64,000 nucleotides of DNA from contig ML992516.1 in NCBI GenBank assembly GCA_010093995.1, positions 123,413-187,412 of the forward strand, written 5' to 3'. Position numbers and translations under genes: made by a program. Origin of the DNA: Elsinoe ampelina (taxonomy: Eukaryota). The notes beneath the pieces are model-generated. The model was not told the origin of the DNA, did not search any database, and saw nothing but the letters and a program-made list of their open reading frames with translations. Each line of letters starts with the position of its first letter. Position 1 is the stretch's first letter. Below, one piece after another: positions 60,778 through 64,000 of the stretch.

Positions 60778-62184
60778 AGAGCGGTCGTCTCGGAGTCCAG
60801 TCCAAATTCTGGGGACAGCATGTACATACCCTTTCCTATAAGCTTGTGAATGCCGGGAAATAGATCCGAGGAATGAAGGATTATGCGTGACCAAGCTAAA
60901 CCGACACGATGGATGACTGCTTAGTGAGATGTAAGCGCAACAACGTGTGGTATGCGATATCGGACATGCTGCGAAGCATGCATGACTGGTAGATTGACTT
61001 TTGCACGTCACGCCCTACGCCTGTGTTGCCTGAAACACCGTGTATCAGCAATTGACAACGAGCCCTGATTGTACGGAATCCGGTTGCATCACAATCACCG
61101 CATGACAAACTCACGCGTGTTGCCATTTCTACGGACATCAACATGTGATCACGATCGTGCTGCCATGTGAAAATTTTCACACAAGTCTCAACATTCCAGA
61201 AATATCAAACGCCAACACGGTAAAATCGTGTAGGCTTAACATTAGCGGAACAAGTCCGAAATCGTGACACATAACCGGGCTGCAGTTCCTTTACACGATC
61301 TGTTCATCAAACGGATCGGACAACTTGACCCTACGAGGACACACAAGGTGGACACGATACTTTGACCGCTAGAATACCCACGTGTCTCGGTCGTGTTCAT
61401 TAACGTACCTAGGGTAAGTTATTGGTAACGGAAGCCAGTCACTCATCAGATTTCTCGTCGTGGTTGGTTTGAACTCCGTGCGAATTCCGACAGTCAGTCA
61501 CGACAGAGCACGATGTCAAACAAAAATTCCGTTTGGGCATTTCCGTGATTGAAAATCAGAGAACATCAAAAGCAATGCTCTGCCACCACCATAACGAGCA
61601 TTACAAAGCGTACCATACTGACACGAAGGTGGCTTGAGCCTTGCGATATGAATATCAGCACGCCTTCGTGGTTAGGGCGTCATAAGCCTTGCTTTCAAAC
61701 TACGAAAGTAGAGGGCTTTGTCAGCTCTGCGACCAAGGTGCCTCGATCGGGTTTAGCTTCTTCCGTTCTGGGCTAGACAACGAACTCCGTAACGCAGGGA
61801 CAGGGCGCAAACGTTCATCATCTTGATGTGGTTTGACATCCACAGCAATGGTTGGTGACTCAAGTTTTGCATCGTTTTCGTCAAAGGAGGTCCGACAAAT
61901 GATGGTTACACGCGCCCTTTGAACTCCTTGACGGAAACACTCCAGAGATACATATACCACAAGTCCCCACGGGATAGGTAGGTTCATTTTCATTCATACC
62001 AAGATTCTCCAAGATTTCCTTGTCCACTGCCAGCTTCAAACGCCCATCTACCCCTCCATCTCCGCGATATCTAGTTGCAGATCCCCGCATCCAACCATAC
62101 AGCTTCAAGCTGCGGTCACCCGATAGGGGTTGATCCGCCACACACCATCACCGACCCGTTTTATCAGCAGAGTCATTTGCAACA

Positions 62185-63805
62185 ATGGTTTACGCTTCTT
62201 CTGTTTCCTCAAATGAGGCTTCCTCCTCATCCAACAACAAGAGATCTGTTGCAGACAAACTCAGGATGAAGAGCACACGACCACAGATCCGAATCGCCAT
62301 TGATGGCGCCGAGGATTCTTGGGTCATGACATACTCGACTCTCGACAGGATTGAGGGGAAAGTCTACATCACATGCCCAGTCAAGACCAACATTGAGAGT
62401 CTGTCCATCGACTTTATCGGTACGCATAATGGTGGCGAGTGATATTCAATTTGCTAATGTTCCCACAGGCACCACAAAGACATTCGTAGAGAAGCTCAGT
62501 ACTGCGACAGCCATCAGTGGCCGAACAGAAGCCATGCACCAATTTCTCAAGCTCTCACAACCCATTCCCCAGGCTTCATGGCCCACAGGCAGAGTGCTCG
62601 AAGCCAACCAAACATACGAGTTCAAGTTCATTTTCGTTGTTCCAGCACAGTTGCTCCCACGTATCTGCCGTCACAACGTCACCAGCAGCACAGTACAACA
62701 GGAACACCTCAAGCTTCCACCTTCGCTTGGCGATCGTACCGTCTCAGGTCGGGGCAAGACACTTCTTGACGACATCAGCCCGGACATGGCGAGGATCAAG
62801 TACGGGATTGTCGTCGCCGTCCAGGAGTCCGACACTAACGGTCCCTTCTACGAGCCGGTGACCAAGATCAAAAAGGTTCGCATCGTACCTGCCGTGGACG
62901 AAGCGCCTCCTCTCACCGTCGAGGGACCCGACAACGACTACAGACTCCGTGCCGAGAAGGATATCCGCAAGAACATCTTCAAGCCCAAGCTCGGCACTCT
63001 TGTGGTCGAGGCAGCTCAGCCAAAATCCCTACGCGTGCCCTCACACAAGTCGGAAGAGGCCAGCATTGAGAGCACAGTGGCAACCATCAACCTTCGCTTC
63101 GACCCTGCCGATGCAAAGGCACAGCCTCCCAAGCTGGGCGGCCTCGGAACCAAGCTCAAGACGACAACCTTCTTCTCCAGTTCGGCCCGATGCCGAGTAC
63201 CATCCAAGAACGACATGCAGTGGGACTTCAGCCAGGGTATGCACTCGGAGAGTATCAGTCTTGCTTCTCGCTGCATGTCTATGGTCAAGTGGGACTTTCA
63301 CGAAGACACCTCCCGTCCGAACAGCCTAGAGCGCCGCGACTCAACTTCGTCTACCTCTTCTGCCCAAGCCGGTACGATCGAGGCAAGCTCGAAGTACAGG
63401 GGCAACGGCTACTACACCGCAAAGGTCCTGGTACCCATCAGCCTTCCCGCAAACAAAGCCTGGATCCCGACTTTCCACTCTTGCCTCGTCTCCCGCGTCT
63501 ACGCTCTCTACATGCACCTCAACGTTGCTTCCGGAACCATGGGCGGCATCGACCTCAAGATCCCAGTTCAGATCTCCAGCGAGGGCAACCCAGAGGTCTT
63601 GACCGAAACCCGCAACTCGCTTACCCTCGAAGAGCAGGCCATCGAGGCATTTGACGCAGACGAGTTCTTCCTCCCTAGAACCGTCAGCCCAATGGACGCG
63701 AGACTGGCACTCAACAGCAACTTGAGCAACCAAGCCTCTGCTGATCTACCTCCCGAGTACGATGCCTTTCCTAGGACTGGATCCAGGATTCCCGTCATGG
63801 TATAA
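62185..63805 (+). CDS. Arrestin-fold (ART/Bul-like) adaptor; intron 62420-62468
   Basis: YSTLDRIEGKV, HQFLKLSQP, YEFKFIFVVP, HLKLPPSLGD, PTFHSCLVSRVY and a C-terminal PPEY (PY) motif. Confidence 0.85.
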
Positions 63806-64000
63806 CTTCAGAGTGAGGAGGGAGATGATAACGAAGATAATGATGAATTTGCGATTGTTACGACACGGATATATTGATCACCTGGCGTTCTTGTCTTGAT
63901 TTACCGTCTCTTCGACATAATTATTCAATCAGCTTCTTCGTTTCAAGCGGTCATTCGACATTCTTGTTTCAGGCACACTTGAGCGATATTATCAGGATCT

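Overview
Fungal (filamentous ascomycete, Dothideomycete-like) genomic window with two sharply separated compartments. 1-~24.1 kb is AT-rich, heavily RIP-mutated transposon DNA, so ORF finders see almost nothing there. Reading termini, target-site duplications (TSDs) and stop-riddled translations resolves it into a nest. A Ty1/Copia element (+) is interrupted by two Ty3/Gypsy chromoviruses (146-7168, 464-bp LTRs, TSD TCCCT; 9248-23335, 199-bp LTRs). The second chromovirus is interrupted by a 7.85-kb hAT DNA transposon (12948-20796, 26-bp TIRs, 8-bp TSD GCTAGAAC). The hAT element carries a spliced histone H3-like gene with some CenH3-like features, at least one other intron-containing cargo gene, and a fixed-spacing motif doublet (TTCTTATAG-N4-TTCTTATAG) found seven times, in five introns and both subterminal regions. 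The first chromovirus carries an antisense ORF with Zn2Cys6-like spacing followed by a coiled coil. ~24.5-64 kb is gene-dense euchromatin: SDR, DUR3, Rrg1-like methyltransferase, VPS28, NOC2, SLN1-type histidine kinase, GH31 alpha-glucosidase, NPY1, BEM46-like hydrolase, HIS4, an arrestin-like protein, a GPI-anchored protein, and three co-oriented secreted precursors with many Kex2 (KR) sites, one releasing Gly/His-rich repeat peptides. All 'de-RIPed' residues are my inference from reversing C>T/G>A changes; no searches were run.
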